From assembly GCA_043719125.1 (NCBI GenBank), contig JAYSUL010000039.1, positions 1 to 32,101 of the forward strand: 32,101 nucleotides of DNA, in the 5' to 3' direction. The stretch is from Candidatus Saccharimonadota bacterium. GTDB lineage: Bacteria; Patescibacteriota; Saccharimonadia; Saccharimonadales; JAGQMS01. The notes beneath the pieces were generated by a model. That model searched no databases and had not been told where the DNA came from. It saw only the letters and a program-made list of their open reading frames with translations. The position numbers and the translations under genes are program-made. Below are positions 9,355-18,363 of the stretch, piece after piece (positions within the stretch are counted from its first letter, which is position 1; each line of letters begins with the position of its first letter).

Positions 9355-9427
9355 ATCGCTAGCGAACCGAGACTCGTTGGAAATAGGTTTATGTACTTTG
9401 CTCCGCGCTAGTGTTTAAATACTATGT

Positions 9428-9697
9428 ATGGAAGACAGCCCACTCTTACCGGTAAAAAATAAGCACTCACTAATTGGGTACTATGTTTCTCTTGCTGGAT
9501 TCATACCTCTGATTGGCCTACCTGCATCTATAACGGCTTTTGTACTCGGGATACTCGCGCTTAGATATGAGAAAAAGACTCACGTACCTGGCGCCAAGGC
9601 TCACGCAATTATCGCTATAGTCCTGGGGGCAATACTGGGCTTAATCCACTTGCTCCTGACAGTTATATTTTTAGTAGCACTTATCGCTGAATCATAG
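9428..9697 (+). CDS. DUF4190-like small membrane protein
   Basis: N..SLIGYY...LG..AL......G..HAIIAIVLG two-TM pattern typical of DUF4190. Confidence 0.65.
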   Translation: MEDSPLLPVKNKHSLIGYYVSLAGFIPLIGLPASITAFVLGILALRYEKKTHVPGAKAHAIIAIVLGAILGLIHLLLTVIFLVALIAES

Positions 9698-9755
9698 TTT
9701 GGGCAGCCTGGAATTGACTTGCTTTTCCGCGTTATAAGCTTATGCTAGTGACAAG

Positions 9756-10559
9756 GTGCAAAAGCAAAAAGCTCCAGTTACGCGCGAACGATGCCCTATG
9801 GCAGATGGGCAGACTGGCTACTTTCTCGTAAAATCAGCAGAGGCAGACGGTAGAGTGTACTCACTTGCGACTGGTTTTGTGGCAGTCCCTCATCATTACT
9901 TTGGGTTAGCGGACGAGCTAGCCAGGGCAGGCTGGACCGTTATTATTCCGGAAATAACAGCACCATTAGCAGGTGAAGACCCGACAAAAACTATTGCATA
10001 TAAGTGTGATCGATTAAGAATGGGTCTAGAGGACCTTGGATTAAGTATGACAATTGAAGGATTCAGGAGCGGAGGACACTCACTGGGTGGAGTATGTCAG
10101 GCCGGTCTAATAGAGGATGCTCCATACGAGTTAATGGGGATGGACTTTATAAATACGTCAGGCTTTGGGGAGATAGATAATATAGCCCTCATGGCGTTAA
10201 AGCAAATGATCGGTTGTCAGCTTCATGAGGTCAAGACCTTACTATGGCATCCATCGCATTTTGTGAGTCCGGAAGCCATAAGAGCTGAACTAGGGGTATT
10301 GTTAGATAAGGATAATAGGCGCCACGAGCTAAATGAGATGGGGCAATTGTCCCATTATCTGCCACGCTATGTTGCATTGGCAAAATCACTCGAGATTCCT
10401 ATCCGGTTTCTTATATCTCTGCACGACAATGTTGTACGTCCCCGGGCTACAATAGAGGCACTGGGCAAAGAAAACGTAGTATCTATACATCCAAGCGCAG
10501 ATCACTTTGCGCCTAACACTCATGGTCCTAGAGTCGCTCGACTCCTAAACGCTGCATAA
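9756..10559 (+). CDS. Alpha/beta hydrolase fold protein
   Basis: GHSLGG nucleophile elbow, HDNVV (Asp) and ADHF (His) candidate triad, and LA..GWTVIIP. The start could be GTG 9756 or ATG 9798. Confidence 0.75.
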   Translation: MQKQKAPVTRERCPMADGQTGYFLVKSAEADGRVYSLATGFVAVPHHYFGLADELARAGWTVIIPEITAPLAGEDPTKTIAYKCDRLRMGLEDLGLSMTIEGFRSGGHSLGGVCQAGLIEDAPYELMGMDFINTSGFGEIDNIALMALKQMIGCQLHEVKTLLWHPSHFVSPEAIRAELGVLLDKDNRRHELNEMGQLSHYLPRYVALAKSLEIPIRFLISLHDNVVRPRATIEALGKENVVSIHPSADHFAPNTHGPRVARLLNAA

Positions 10560-10563
10560 AAGA

Positions 10564-10594
10564 CTAGCACTCATTGGGGGTAGAGTGCTAAAAT
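10564..10594 (+). promoter_or_regulatory. CIRCE-like operator (10-nt spacer) overlapping the extended -10 of the SemiSWEET-dnaJ unit
   Basis: CTAGCACTC-ATTGGGGGTA-GAGTGCTAA (10564-10591). TGcTAAAAT ends at 10594, 6 nt before ATG 10601. Confidence 0.82.
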
Positions 10595-10600
10595 GGGTTG

Positions 10601-10906
10601 ATGAGATTACCATTTATCAGAAGAAAAGTTTATAACGAACTTTTTAAAGAAAAAAAACGAATTGACTGGTTGATGTGGGTCGCCGGACTAGTAGGACCAA
10701 TCTCTACAATCCCGCAGGTAGTGATCATATTTGCAAACAAGAGCGCAACTGATGTGTCGATGCTGTCGTGGGCACTATATACAGCTACAACCGTGATTTT
10801 TTTGTTGTATTCTATCATTCATAGAGCCAAGCCTATGATAATAAATAGCTTACTTTGGTTGCTTGCGGATATTGCCGTGATAATAGGAGTTATACTATAT
10901 GGCTAA
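10601..10906 (+). CDS. SemiSWEET / PQ-loop family transporter
   Basis: Three TM segments with TIPQV (PQ motif), KSATDVS..SW, and P.IINS. Overlaps the dnaJ start by 8 nt. Confidence 0.8.
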   Translation: MRLPFIRRKVYNELFKEKKRIDWLMWVAGLVGPISTIPQVVIIFANKSATDVSMLSWALYTATTVIFLLYSIIHRAKPMIINSLLWLLADIAVIIGVILYG

Positions 10907-11996
10907 GCGTGATTACTATGAAGTATTAGGTGTAGCCAAAGGCGCATCAGATGATGAAATCAAAAAAGCTTTTCGCAGGAAAGCTATTGAGCTACACCCC
11001 GATAAAGAAGGTGGTGATGAAGCAAAATTCAAAGAAATCAATGAAGCGTATGAAGTTCTTAAAGATACTGGTAAACGTCAACGCTATGACCAATTTGGTC
11101 ACGCTGGTGTAGGTGGAAATGGTGGGGGAGGCGGTAACCCCTATGGTGGCTATGGAAATGGTCAGGAGATGCACTTTGATTTTGGTGACCTCGGACTTGG
11201 TGATATATTTGGCAGTTTTTTTGGCGGGCAACAGCAACAAAGGCAACGAGCTAGGCGCGGACGAGATGTTGAGACAACTATCGAGCTATCATTTGAGCAG
11301 GCAGTATTCGGTGTTGAGCATGAGTTAAACCTAGGACTTGATGATACCTGTAGCCACTGTGGTGGTACGACAAGTGAGCCAGGTCATGATCTAAAGACCT
11401 GCGAAACCTGTAAGGGGCACGGCCAAGTTACGACAGCAACCCGGACTATCTTTGGTAACATCCAACAGCAATCTATATGTCCAACTTGTGAAGGTCGTGG
11501 AAAGATCCCAGAGAAGATATGTACAGTCTGTAAGGGAAAGGGTACGGTGAAAAAGACCCAAAAAGTAACGCTCAAAGTACCGGCTGGGATTGATGATGGC
11601 GCCACTATACGGCTTAGGGAACATGGTGAAGCCATCGCAAACGGACCTAAAGGAGATCTCTATGTGCATGTTCGGGTCAAAGCACACAAAAACTTTACTC
11701 GAGAAGGTGACCTTGTGCTTTCTGCTCAGCATATCGATATGGTGAGTGCATCACTCGGTGCAGAGATAGACATAAGAACAGTTGACGGTGACATACGCAT
11801 GAAAGTGCCCGCTGGGACTCAAAGCGGTACAGATTTCAAGCTATCTGGGCACGGCGTTAAGCACCCGAGGGGTGATACACGGGGTGCGCATATTGTAACG
11901 ATCATCGTTGATACACCGACAAAGCTTTCCAAAAAACAACAGGATTTACTAAAGGAACTTGCAGGCACCGATAAAAAATCATTCTTCGGGCTATAG
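10899..11996 (+). CDS. dnaJ: Chaperone DnaJ
   Basis: J-domain with HPD, a G/F-rich region, four CxxCxGxG-type repeats and the C-terminal domain. Confidence 0.98.
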   Translation: MAKRDYYEVLGVAKGASDDEIKKAFRRKAIELHPDKEGGDEAKFKEINEAYEVLKDTGKRQRYDQFGHAGVGGNGGGGGNPYGGYGNGQEMHFDFGDLGLGDIFGSFFGGQQQQRQRARRGRDVETTIELSFEQAVFGVEHELNLGLDDTCSHCGGTTSEPGHDLKTCETCKGHGQVTTATRTIFGNIQQQSICPTCEGRGKIPEKICTVCKGKGTVKKTQKVTLKVPAGIDDGATIRLREHGEAIANGPKGDLYVHVRVKAHKNFTREGDLVLSAQHIDMVSASLGAEIDIRTVDGDIRMKVPAGTQSGTDFKLSGHGVKHPRGDTRGAHIVTIIVDTPTKLSKKQQDLLKELAGTDKKSFFGL

Positions 11997-12064
11997 ATTG
12001 CCTTTCGGTTTAATTTCAGCTGAACTATAGTAAGCATAATCAGTTTCTGATACTGTTAGGGGTA

Positions 12065-15000
12065 ATGGAAATACTATGGGGAATTATTTCGGGACTGTTC
12101 TGGCCAGTTTTAATAATTGTCGGCATAGTCTGGCTGGCGAAAAGACTATCTCGTGGCCCATCAACTGAGTATGTAGTACGTGAGCAGAATACCAGTTTTA
12201 CACTGTCGAAAGGTTTTGATGAGTCAAGTATTAGACGCAAAATAGCCGAAGAGATCCGAGCACAGCTAGATCAATACAAGACAATTGCTCAGAAAAAAGT
12301 CGTCGAGGATATGGCGCAGACGGTTGAGTACTTCGCAGATCATGGGTACGAAGAGGCTGGTACTGAACAGATCGCAGAGGCCATGCCAGCATATGATTTT
12401 ACGCCTGCTGAGAGTATATCCTCTGTACCAGTAGGAGTCTCGGCTAGTCAAATGGCTCAGCCTGAAACCTTCGTAGCCTCTCAGGAGCCGTATGAGACCC
12501 CATGGAAAAAACTGCAGTTGCTCGATGGAGCAACAATACTTCTCTATCTAGGGGCATTCTTTGTACTGGCATCAATTGGGTTGTACGTAGGACTCGGTCA
12601 GGGGGATGGGCTTAAGGCAGTATTAGTGACGCTAATTACGGCACTATTCTATGGAGCCGGTATTGCGCTTTTCAGAAACTCTACACGCCTAAAGCCAGCA
12701 GGACTAACATTTGTGGCTATCGGCATGGCTACGCTACCAATGGCGGGAGCCGCGATGTACTACTTTGCTTTCAATGAGCAGCATGGACCACTTATATGGC
12801 TCCTAACCTCAGCGCTTGCGATAGGACTTTATGCGCATGCTATGCACGTGCTTCGTTCTGCACTCGTATCATATATGGTCGTCTTCAGTACGGTCTCTGT
12901 AGTATTGGCGAGTATTTCATCACTTGGGGTCGCGCCGTATTACTTCATACAGGGTATTGGCTTTGCGGGACTAGCGTTTGCTATTGGTAGTAAGATATTT
13001 GGCTCAAAGGATAATGAACTTACTGATGCCTACGATAAAAGCGCTATGTTCATGGTGCCATTCAGTACAAGTTTAGCCGTATTATTCGCGGTCAAGATCG
13101 GTTGGTTACAGTTGGCGCTCTCAATGCTACTTGGCGCCACATACTACACCTACGCAGCAATGCAGTCGGCGAAGACTCGTTCGCTCTATGTGCTTCTAGC
13201 TCAAGTTATGGGTATCGCGGCGTTTATCACAGCAGGCTATGGCATATCTGAGCAAGCGGTCGTTGTTGCTAGTCTTTCAGGGTTGGTTGGCATGGTATAT
13301 ATTCTCACTTGGCTTCTCTGGGCTCGTATTCGCGTAGCAACGGACGTTTATCGCCAGCAGGTCAAGTTCCTTACCCTTGGACTCCCGCTCGTTGCGGTTA
13401 CCGCCCTACTGGGAAATGCGGACATTTTATGGCTTGCCTTTACGTTGGTACTCCTCGCGTCTATCGTTATCTATATATACGACCGTGATTGGCTTAGCGG
13501 GCTGGGATGGCTGTTTTCGATACTACTACTGCCACTTTTTGTCAGCTACTTTACGCTTGAAGTTACCCCGTCAACATCAACGGTTGGAATTGTTTATCTC
13601 GCGATCAGTGGCTTATCTGTGCTGATGAGATATGCTCTAGGAAATAGATCTTTGGGCATAGATAAAGTATTTCAGCAGTCTCTTTTGTATATATCACTGT
13701 CATTGGCAAGTTTGATGCAGTTCAGTGCCAACAACACCACACAGGTCATCATAATGGCAATAATTGTTTCACTACTTACCTTGCAGGCACTTCTCGGAAC
13801 AGAAAAGAAATATTTCCTTACGATACCTGCACTTGTTCAGCTCCTATGGGTCATGGCATTTGTCGATGATGTGCGGTACCTTTTTGGGGCAGTAGTTGGT
13901 GTCGCAGTATTTAATATAGTGCTTGCTCAGGCAAAAATATCGAGCTCACTCCATGATTGGCTAGTACTTGGCTCATTACTCGTATTGCCACTTATATGGG
14001 GTCTTGGTGTGGTCACGAATGATTGGGAAATTAAGTGGTTCTGGCTTTCGTATACGGGTCTATTTGCTACATTTCTGTTGTTTAGGTATATACGTAATGT
14101 ACTTGCATCATACGTTACGATTACTGGGTATGTAACGACTCTAAGTGTCTCTGTTATTCTTGGTTTTTATGTCGACATTTGGTTTGGGTTTGGCGTAGCT
14201 ATTGTTGCGTCTCTAGTACTTCTTGGACTTGAGAAACTAGAATCTAGCTCTATATTTGGGTACCTTACCCCTGTATTGCCTCTGGGGTTGTTGCTACATA
14301 GTGAGCGCTCTGTAAAGCAGGCTCTTGTATCACTCGTGACAGCTATGGCTATCGCAAAGCTGGTTACAATATGGAGAAAACGCCGCTATGAAGCATATAT
14401 TGCAGTAATCCTTTCGATTGTTTCATTATTCTTTGCAGGTACGGCAGTATATAGCTGGTCTGAGTCTGCCATGATGTGGCTATTTATGGGTATGTCGCTT
14501 GGCTACATATTGTTGAGGTTGGCGCTACAAAACAAAACGAAGAGTTTCTCGGATGTTTTAATGACCGGGTACAGTATCTCGCTCGGCATCTCACTCATCT
14601 ACTGTCTGACGACTGAATGGCAAATTATGTCAGCTGGTCTGTTTATAGTTGGGCTACTACTAACAGCTATCTCATATCTTGAGTTGGCACCACCAGTAGT
14701 TATCTTATCGTTCCTAGCAGGTTATGGCTCAATCCTTAGATATGCAGATGGAAATAATCTCAGTCTAAATGCTACGATAGGTCTCGTAATCGGCATAAGC
14801 CAAGGAGTCTACTGGATTTTGGTTGTTAGTAGGCTAGATACTCTGCGCGCAAAGTATGCACGCTATTTCCAGCTCACTGTCGGCGCGATAATCCCGATCA
14901 TTGGTCTGGGATACTTTGAGCGACCTATTTTCCCAGCGTCACTTACGTTCTTTAGCTTGATGCTGACCCGTGAAATTTGGTCTAAGGGTCAGTCTGCAAA

Positions 15001-15457
15001 AGAAACAGCCCTATTCATAGTGCATCTATCAGGCCTCTGGTGGCTCTATGCGCTCGGCGTGAGAGAGGTGCAGTTGTTTACCCAGTCTACGGCGCTTGTG
15101 ATAGCTGGATTTGCATACTGGCGACGAAAGATTCAGGGTAACCCAAGTGTAATCAACCAGTACCTATGGACAGCAGTTCTCATGTTCACGCTTCCTATGG
15201 TCTATCAAGCACTCGCCAGCAGTGATCCTAAGTATTCATATCTACTACTCGTAGAACATGTGATGCTGATCGTTGTGTCTATTGGTCTAAAGCGGGCTAC
15301 ATTTGCTTGGTGGGGCATCGCTGTGACGGTAGCGGCTGTACTGTACCAACTACGCAAACTACGCTATGTGGCGCTTGCGTTCCTGGGCGCATTCATCATC
15401 TCGCTGGCTGTTTATTTCTTACTTCGCTATAACAAACCTGAAGAACCTAAAAAGTAG
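12065..15457 (+). CDS. Large polytopic membrane protein (DUF2157/DUF2339-like)
   Basis: 1130 aa: N-terminal TM, an acidic/Pro linker, then many consecutive hydrophobic helices starting ILLYLGAFFVLAS. TGaTACTGT lies 8 nt before the ATG. Confidence 0.75.
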   Translation: MEILWGIISGLFWPVLIIVGIVWLAKRLSRGPSTEYVVREQNTSFTLSKGFDESSIRRKIAEEIRAQLDQYKTIAQKKVVEDMAQTVEYFADHGYEEAGTEQIAEAMPAYDFTPAESISSVPVGVSASQMAQPETFVASQEPYETPWKKLQLLDGATILLYLGAFFVLASIGLYVGLGQGDGLKAVLVTLITALFYGAGIALFRNSTRLKPAGLTFVAIGMATLPMAGAAMYYFAFNEQHGPLIWLLTSALAIGLYAHAMHVLRSALVSYMVVFSTVSVVLASISSLGVAPYYFIQGIGFAGLAFAIGSKIFGSKDNELTDAYDKSAMFMVPFSTSLAVLFAVKIGWLQLALSMLLGATYYTYAAMQSAKTRSLYVLLAQVMGIAAFITAGYGISEQAVVVASLSGLVGMVYILTWLLWARIRVATDVYRQQVKFLTLGLPLVAVTALLGNADILWLAFTLVLLASIVIYIYDRDWLSGLGWLFSILLLPLFVSYFTLEVTPSTSTVGIVYLAISGLSVLMRYALGNRSLGIDKVFQQSLLYISLSLASLMQFSANNTTQVIIMAIIVSLLTLQALLGTEKKYFLTIPALVQLLWVMAFVDDVRYLFGAVVGVAVFNIVLAQAKISSSLHDWLVLGSLLVLPLIWGLGVVTNDWEIKWFWLSYTGLFATFLLFRYIRNVLASYVTITGYVTTLSVSVILGFYVDIWFGFGVAIVASLVLLGLEKLESSSIFGYLTPVLPLGLLLHSERSVKQALVSLVTAMAIAKLVTIWRKRRYEAYIAVILSIVSLFFAGTAVYSWSESAMMWLFMGMSLGYILLRLALQNKTKSFSDVLMTGYSISLGISLIYCLTTEWQIMSAGLFIVGLLLTAISYLELAPPVVILSFLAGYGSILRYADGNNLSLNATIGLVIGISQGVYWILVVSRLDTLRAKYARYFQLTVGAIIPIIGLGYFERPIFPASLTFFSLMLTREIWSKGQSAKETALFIVHLSGLWWLYALGVREVQLFTQSTALVIAGFAYWRRKIQGNPSVINQYLWTAVLMFTLPMVYQALASSDPKYSYLLLVEHVMLIVVSIGLKRATFAWWGIAVTVAAVLYQLRKLRYVALAFLGAFIISLAVYFLLRYNKPEEPKK

Positions 15458-15473
15458 CGTACAATAAAACGTA

Positions 15474-15515
15474 ATGAAAACGATCTGCCCATATTACCTT
15501 ACGACTGACTTCTAA
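15474..15515 (+). CDS. Candidate leader peptide MKTICPYYLTTDF upstream of lysE
   Basis: ATG is 8 nt after TACAAT (15460-15465), the same geometry as leaderless genes in this window. Stop TAA at 15513-15515. Confidence 0.5.
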   Translation: MKTICPYYLTTDF

Positions 15516-15561
15516 GTTTACCCCACCCTTTTTATTAAAAAATAAGTGAGGATTGTTTCAT

Positions 15562-16176
15562 ATGAATGAATTTTTAATTGTTGCACTGGCACATCTTTTG
15601 GCAGTTATGAGCCCTGGGCCAGATCTTGCGGTAGTGATGAGCATTGCGTCTGGTAATGGTATAAAAGCAGGTATTAAAACAGCTGCCGGGGTTGCTCTGG
15701 GCATTGGCGTACATGTTAGCTACTGTTTGGTGGGGGTAGCCCTGCTTCTAAAGTCTAATCAGCTACTTTTTGATGGCGTAAGGATGATCGGATCACTGTA
15801 TCTTTTGTGGCTTGCATTCGGGCTGGCTAAAAGTGCACTAAACTCCAGGAAGTCGGTAAGTAACGTCTCGGCAAAGCCTACGGGATCAGGATTTAAAAAA
15901 GGCCTGGTTACGAATATATTAAATCCAAAAGCTACGCTGTTTTTCCTGGCACTATTTACGCAAGTTGTAAGTTCTCGTACATCGGGGACTATTAAAATTC
16001 TCTACGGGGTCGAGATGGTTTTGGCGACATTCATCTGGTTTTCTATAGTTAGCTTGCTTGTCGGCAATGCAACGGTTAGGAAATCGTACCAAAAAAGGTC
16101 TTGGATTGTAGAGATAGTTTTTTCAATAGTACTAGCAACACTCGGTCTTTACGTGCTCGTTGATATCTTAAACTAG
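15562..16176 (+). CDS. LysE/RhtB family amino-acid exporter
   Basis: SPGPD, G..YL.WLA, F..GL.TN.LNPKA.LFFLALF motifs. SD-like GAGG at 15548-15551. Confidence 0.92.
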   Translation: MNEFLIVALAHLLAVMSPGPDLAVVMSIASGNGIKAGIKTAAGVALGIGVHVSYCLVGVALLLKSNQLLFDGVRMIGSLYLLWLAFGLAKSALNSRKSVSNVSAKPTGSGFKKGLVTNILNPKATLFFLALFTQVVSSRTSGTIKILYGVEMVLATFIWFSIVSLLVGNATVRKSYQKRSWIVEIVFSIVLATLGLYVLVDILN

Positions 16177-16177
16177 C

Positions 16178-18076
16178 TTACTTAAGTAGCGGTACGCTAC
16201 CGTCCACGACAAGCCCGCCCCACTCAACCACCGTGAATCCTACTCTTGTCGTTCGTGTAAGTTTTTGTGTTGGCATTGCTCGGTACTCGTCTAGCCCCTC
16301 CATGTCGAGGAACACTCTGATACGCGTATCAGGTGCGGGTGACACGTAGAGTGGGGCTAGGAGTTCCATATCGCTTGTCTGTAGCCACGAGAGTCGTACG
16401 AATGGGCTATTTGGTATCTTTGTGATCCAAAATTCCATAAAGTCAGAAGATTCCTTGTCATTTAGACCGAGTTGAGACAGGTGCGACCTCATAGTTGCCT
16501 CTGCCTGGGTGTGCTCTACAACTGCACCTTTTGTGATCTCTGGATATGTTCCATGACCAAAACCTTCCCAAAATAGTGAGTCATACTGCTTACCATTGTA
16601 GCCAAGCATGCCGTTTGGCATGGCGAATACATTGCTCCAGCCGCTTGCCTCGTATAACGGATCAGAAACCGTTACGTCCGCTCCTACCGATACATCGATC
16701 AGTGTAGGGGAGGTTGGGTATGCGTAGATAACAGGTTTAGCGCACCCACCAGTAATCACGAGATCTTGTCTAGAGAACACAAGAAACCGTCCCATTCCGT
16801 CTTCTACGAGGTACAACGGCCTGAGTTTGACATAGTCGTTAATCGCTAATCCAAAGTTACCTTTTTTGTACTCACTGTCATCGCCGGTCATCCACACTTC
16901 GGCACCTTTTGAATCTTCGATATATTCTTCGTGATGTTTCAAAAGTAGTGCGTTGTTGCTGTCCTTGAAGCCATATATAATCTGGCCTTTTGTAGACTTA
17001 CCAATCTGCGCTAGCTGGTCTTTGCCGTACTTTGCGATCTCATTACCGTTTGCTCCACCACATCCACGCCCAGCTGATAGGTAGTTAACCGCATTTTGCG
17101 AGCCGTCGGACCATGTTATGGGGTCAATCTCTTGATCGCTAAGTTCACCCTTTAGATACAGCGTTAGATAAAGCGCAGGCTTAATTCGTACTTCGAAATG
17201 AGACACCTTATAGATAGGATCATCTTTTGATGTACTCTCGTATACTGTACCTTCGGCGATTTTACCAACCTCTTGGTAGTTTAAATACTCGGACACGGCT
17301 GGGATTTTATCCATAAATTTGAGGTAAGGCGATTCATCTGAGTTTAGGTACTTTGTGGAGAATTTCTGACCCCTATAGACTACTTCATCCGGTGCTTTCA
17401 TATCAGGAATACTTGACGAAGGGTCCACGCTAACACCGGCAAGTAACTCCGGCCCACTATATGTTTTCGCACCGCCAACTTGCTCAGCATAGAAGAACCC
17501 ACTGCTGTTGTTTTTGATGATGGAATACGCGTCACCCTTTTTGGTAACGATTATATAGGGCCGTCCACCAAAATCTTCCTGCCCGGCGACTACATATACA
17601 TCACTGCCATCAACACCTGAGCCTATCTGGTAATAGACGATACTATTAATAACGTCATTTTCGTAACTGTCCACGTCTACCGATGCTTTAAATAAAGGTA
17701 ATTTATCAATCTGCTTAGGGGTATCTAGCCATGCGTAGCTACCCGCCAGTGTACCTGCTTGCTCAAGTACGTCTTTCGAGCCAAGGTCAACTGATGAAGT
17801 AGCGTTGTCGTTATTCACAGCGACTTCATTGTTGTTTGAGTTTGATTTTTTAGTTAAAAAATACGTTGCACCGGCAGACGCGCCTCCAACTAGTAGCACA
17901 GTAGCAATAAGCAGTATCACTAACTTTTTGTGTCTAAACTTTTGCTTTGGGGGCTTACTATCCGGAACCTCAGCAATACCCGGAACTGTTGTATCCTGTG
18001 GAGTCTCTACTTGCTCAATTTCTTGCCGCAATGACTCCTCTGCCTGAACCTCATCACTATTCTGATTTTCGTCCAC
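16178..18076 (-). CDS. Membrane-anchored surface protein with a conserved C-terminal domain of unknown function
   Basis: Acidic N-terminus and a single TM. The C-terminus has CAKPVIYAYP...LFWEG...LGL..E..DF..FW...P.PDT.IRVF...R.GF.VVEWGG. SD AAGGGGG and TATACT lie upstream. Confidence 0.8.
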   Translation of the reverse strand: MDENQNSDEVQAEESLRQEIEQVETPQDTTVPGIAEVPDSKPPKQKFRHKKLVILLIATVLLVGGASAGATYFLTKKSNSNNNEVAVNNDNATSSVDLGSKDVLEQAGTLAGSYAWLDTPKQIDKLPLFKASVDVDSYENDVINSIVYYQIGSGVDGSDVYVVAGQEDFGGRPYIIVTKKGDAYSIIKNNSSGFFYAEQVGGAKTYSGPELLAGVSVDPSSSIPDMKAPDEVVYRGQKFSTKYLNSDESPYLKFMDKIPAVSEYLNYQEVGKIAEGTVYESTSKDDPIYKVSHFEVRIKPALYLTLYLKGELSDQEIDPITWSDGSQNAVNYLSAGRGCGGANGNEIAKYGKDQLAQIGKSTKGQIIYGFKDSNNALLLKHHEEYIEDSKGAEVWMTGDDSEYKKGNFGLAINDYVKLRPLYLVEDGMGRFLVFSRQDLVITGGCAKPVIYAYPTSPTLIDVSVGADVTVSDPLYEASGWSNVFAMPNGMLGYNGKQYDSLFWEGFGHGTYPEITKGAVVEHTQAEATMRSHLSQLGLNDKESSDFMEFWITKIPNSPFVRLSWLQTSDMELLAPLYVSPAPDTRIRVFLDMEGLDEYRAMPTQKLTRTTRVGFTVVEWGGLVVDGSVPLLK

Positions 18077-18156
18077 GGTATGCCCCCTTATTTACCCCAA
18101 GTATATGCCTATTAAAATGCTTGTGTAAAGCACTATTGATGGTAGATACTGATAGT

Positions 18157-18273
18157 GTGCAAAAAAGTAGTAACTCCCAAGATGGATTTATAACGATGAT
18201 CGTTGTAATCATCCTGGTTTTAGCCACTGTAATCTGGCTCTCCTATACCCGCGTCATGAATGCAAATCAGTAG
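18157..18273 (+). CDS. Mini prepilin-like protein (38 aa)
   Basis: GTG start gives MQKSSNSQDG|FITMIVVIILVLATVIWLSYTRVMNANQ: a class III signal-like QxGF plus a hydrophobic helix. GATACT lies 6 nt upstream. Confidence 0.6.
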   Translation: MQKSSNSQDGFITMIVVIILVLATVIWLSYTRVMNANQ

Positions 18274-18363
18274 TTCAAACCGCTTCGCTTAGCCTAAGTA
18301 GTCTTCTAATTTTTTACTCATGTAGATACAGCCAGGAAGCTTAATAATTGCACTACAACTAAG

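Noticed and set aside
9355-9413. CGCTAGCG...CGCTAGTG 8-bp stem after the dnaK terminator
   Set aside because: Short, with a poorly structured interior, and compatible with chance.
17947-18156. 5' part of the tracked 108-aa ORF 17947..18273
   Set aside because: It overlaps the start and promoter of the 632-aa minus-strand gene. Only the last 38 codons look like a real protein.
18157-18273. Small ORF as a RiPP (graspetide) precursor for the downstream ATP-grasp enzymes
   Set aside because: It is hydrophobic and prepilin-like, lacks Asp/Glu acceptor core repeats, and is separated from the operon by that operon's own promoter.
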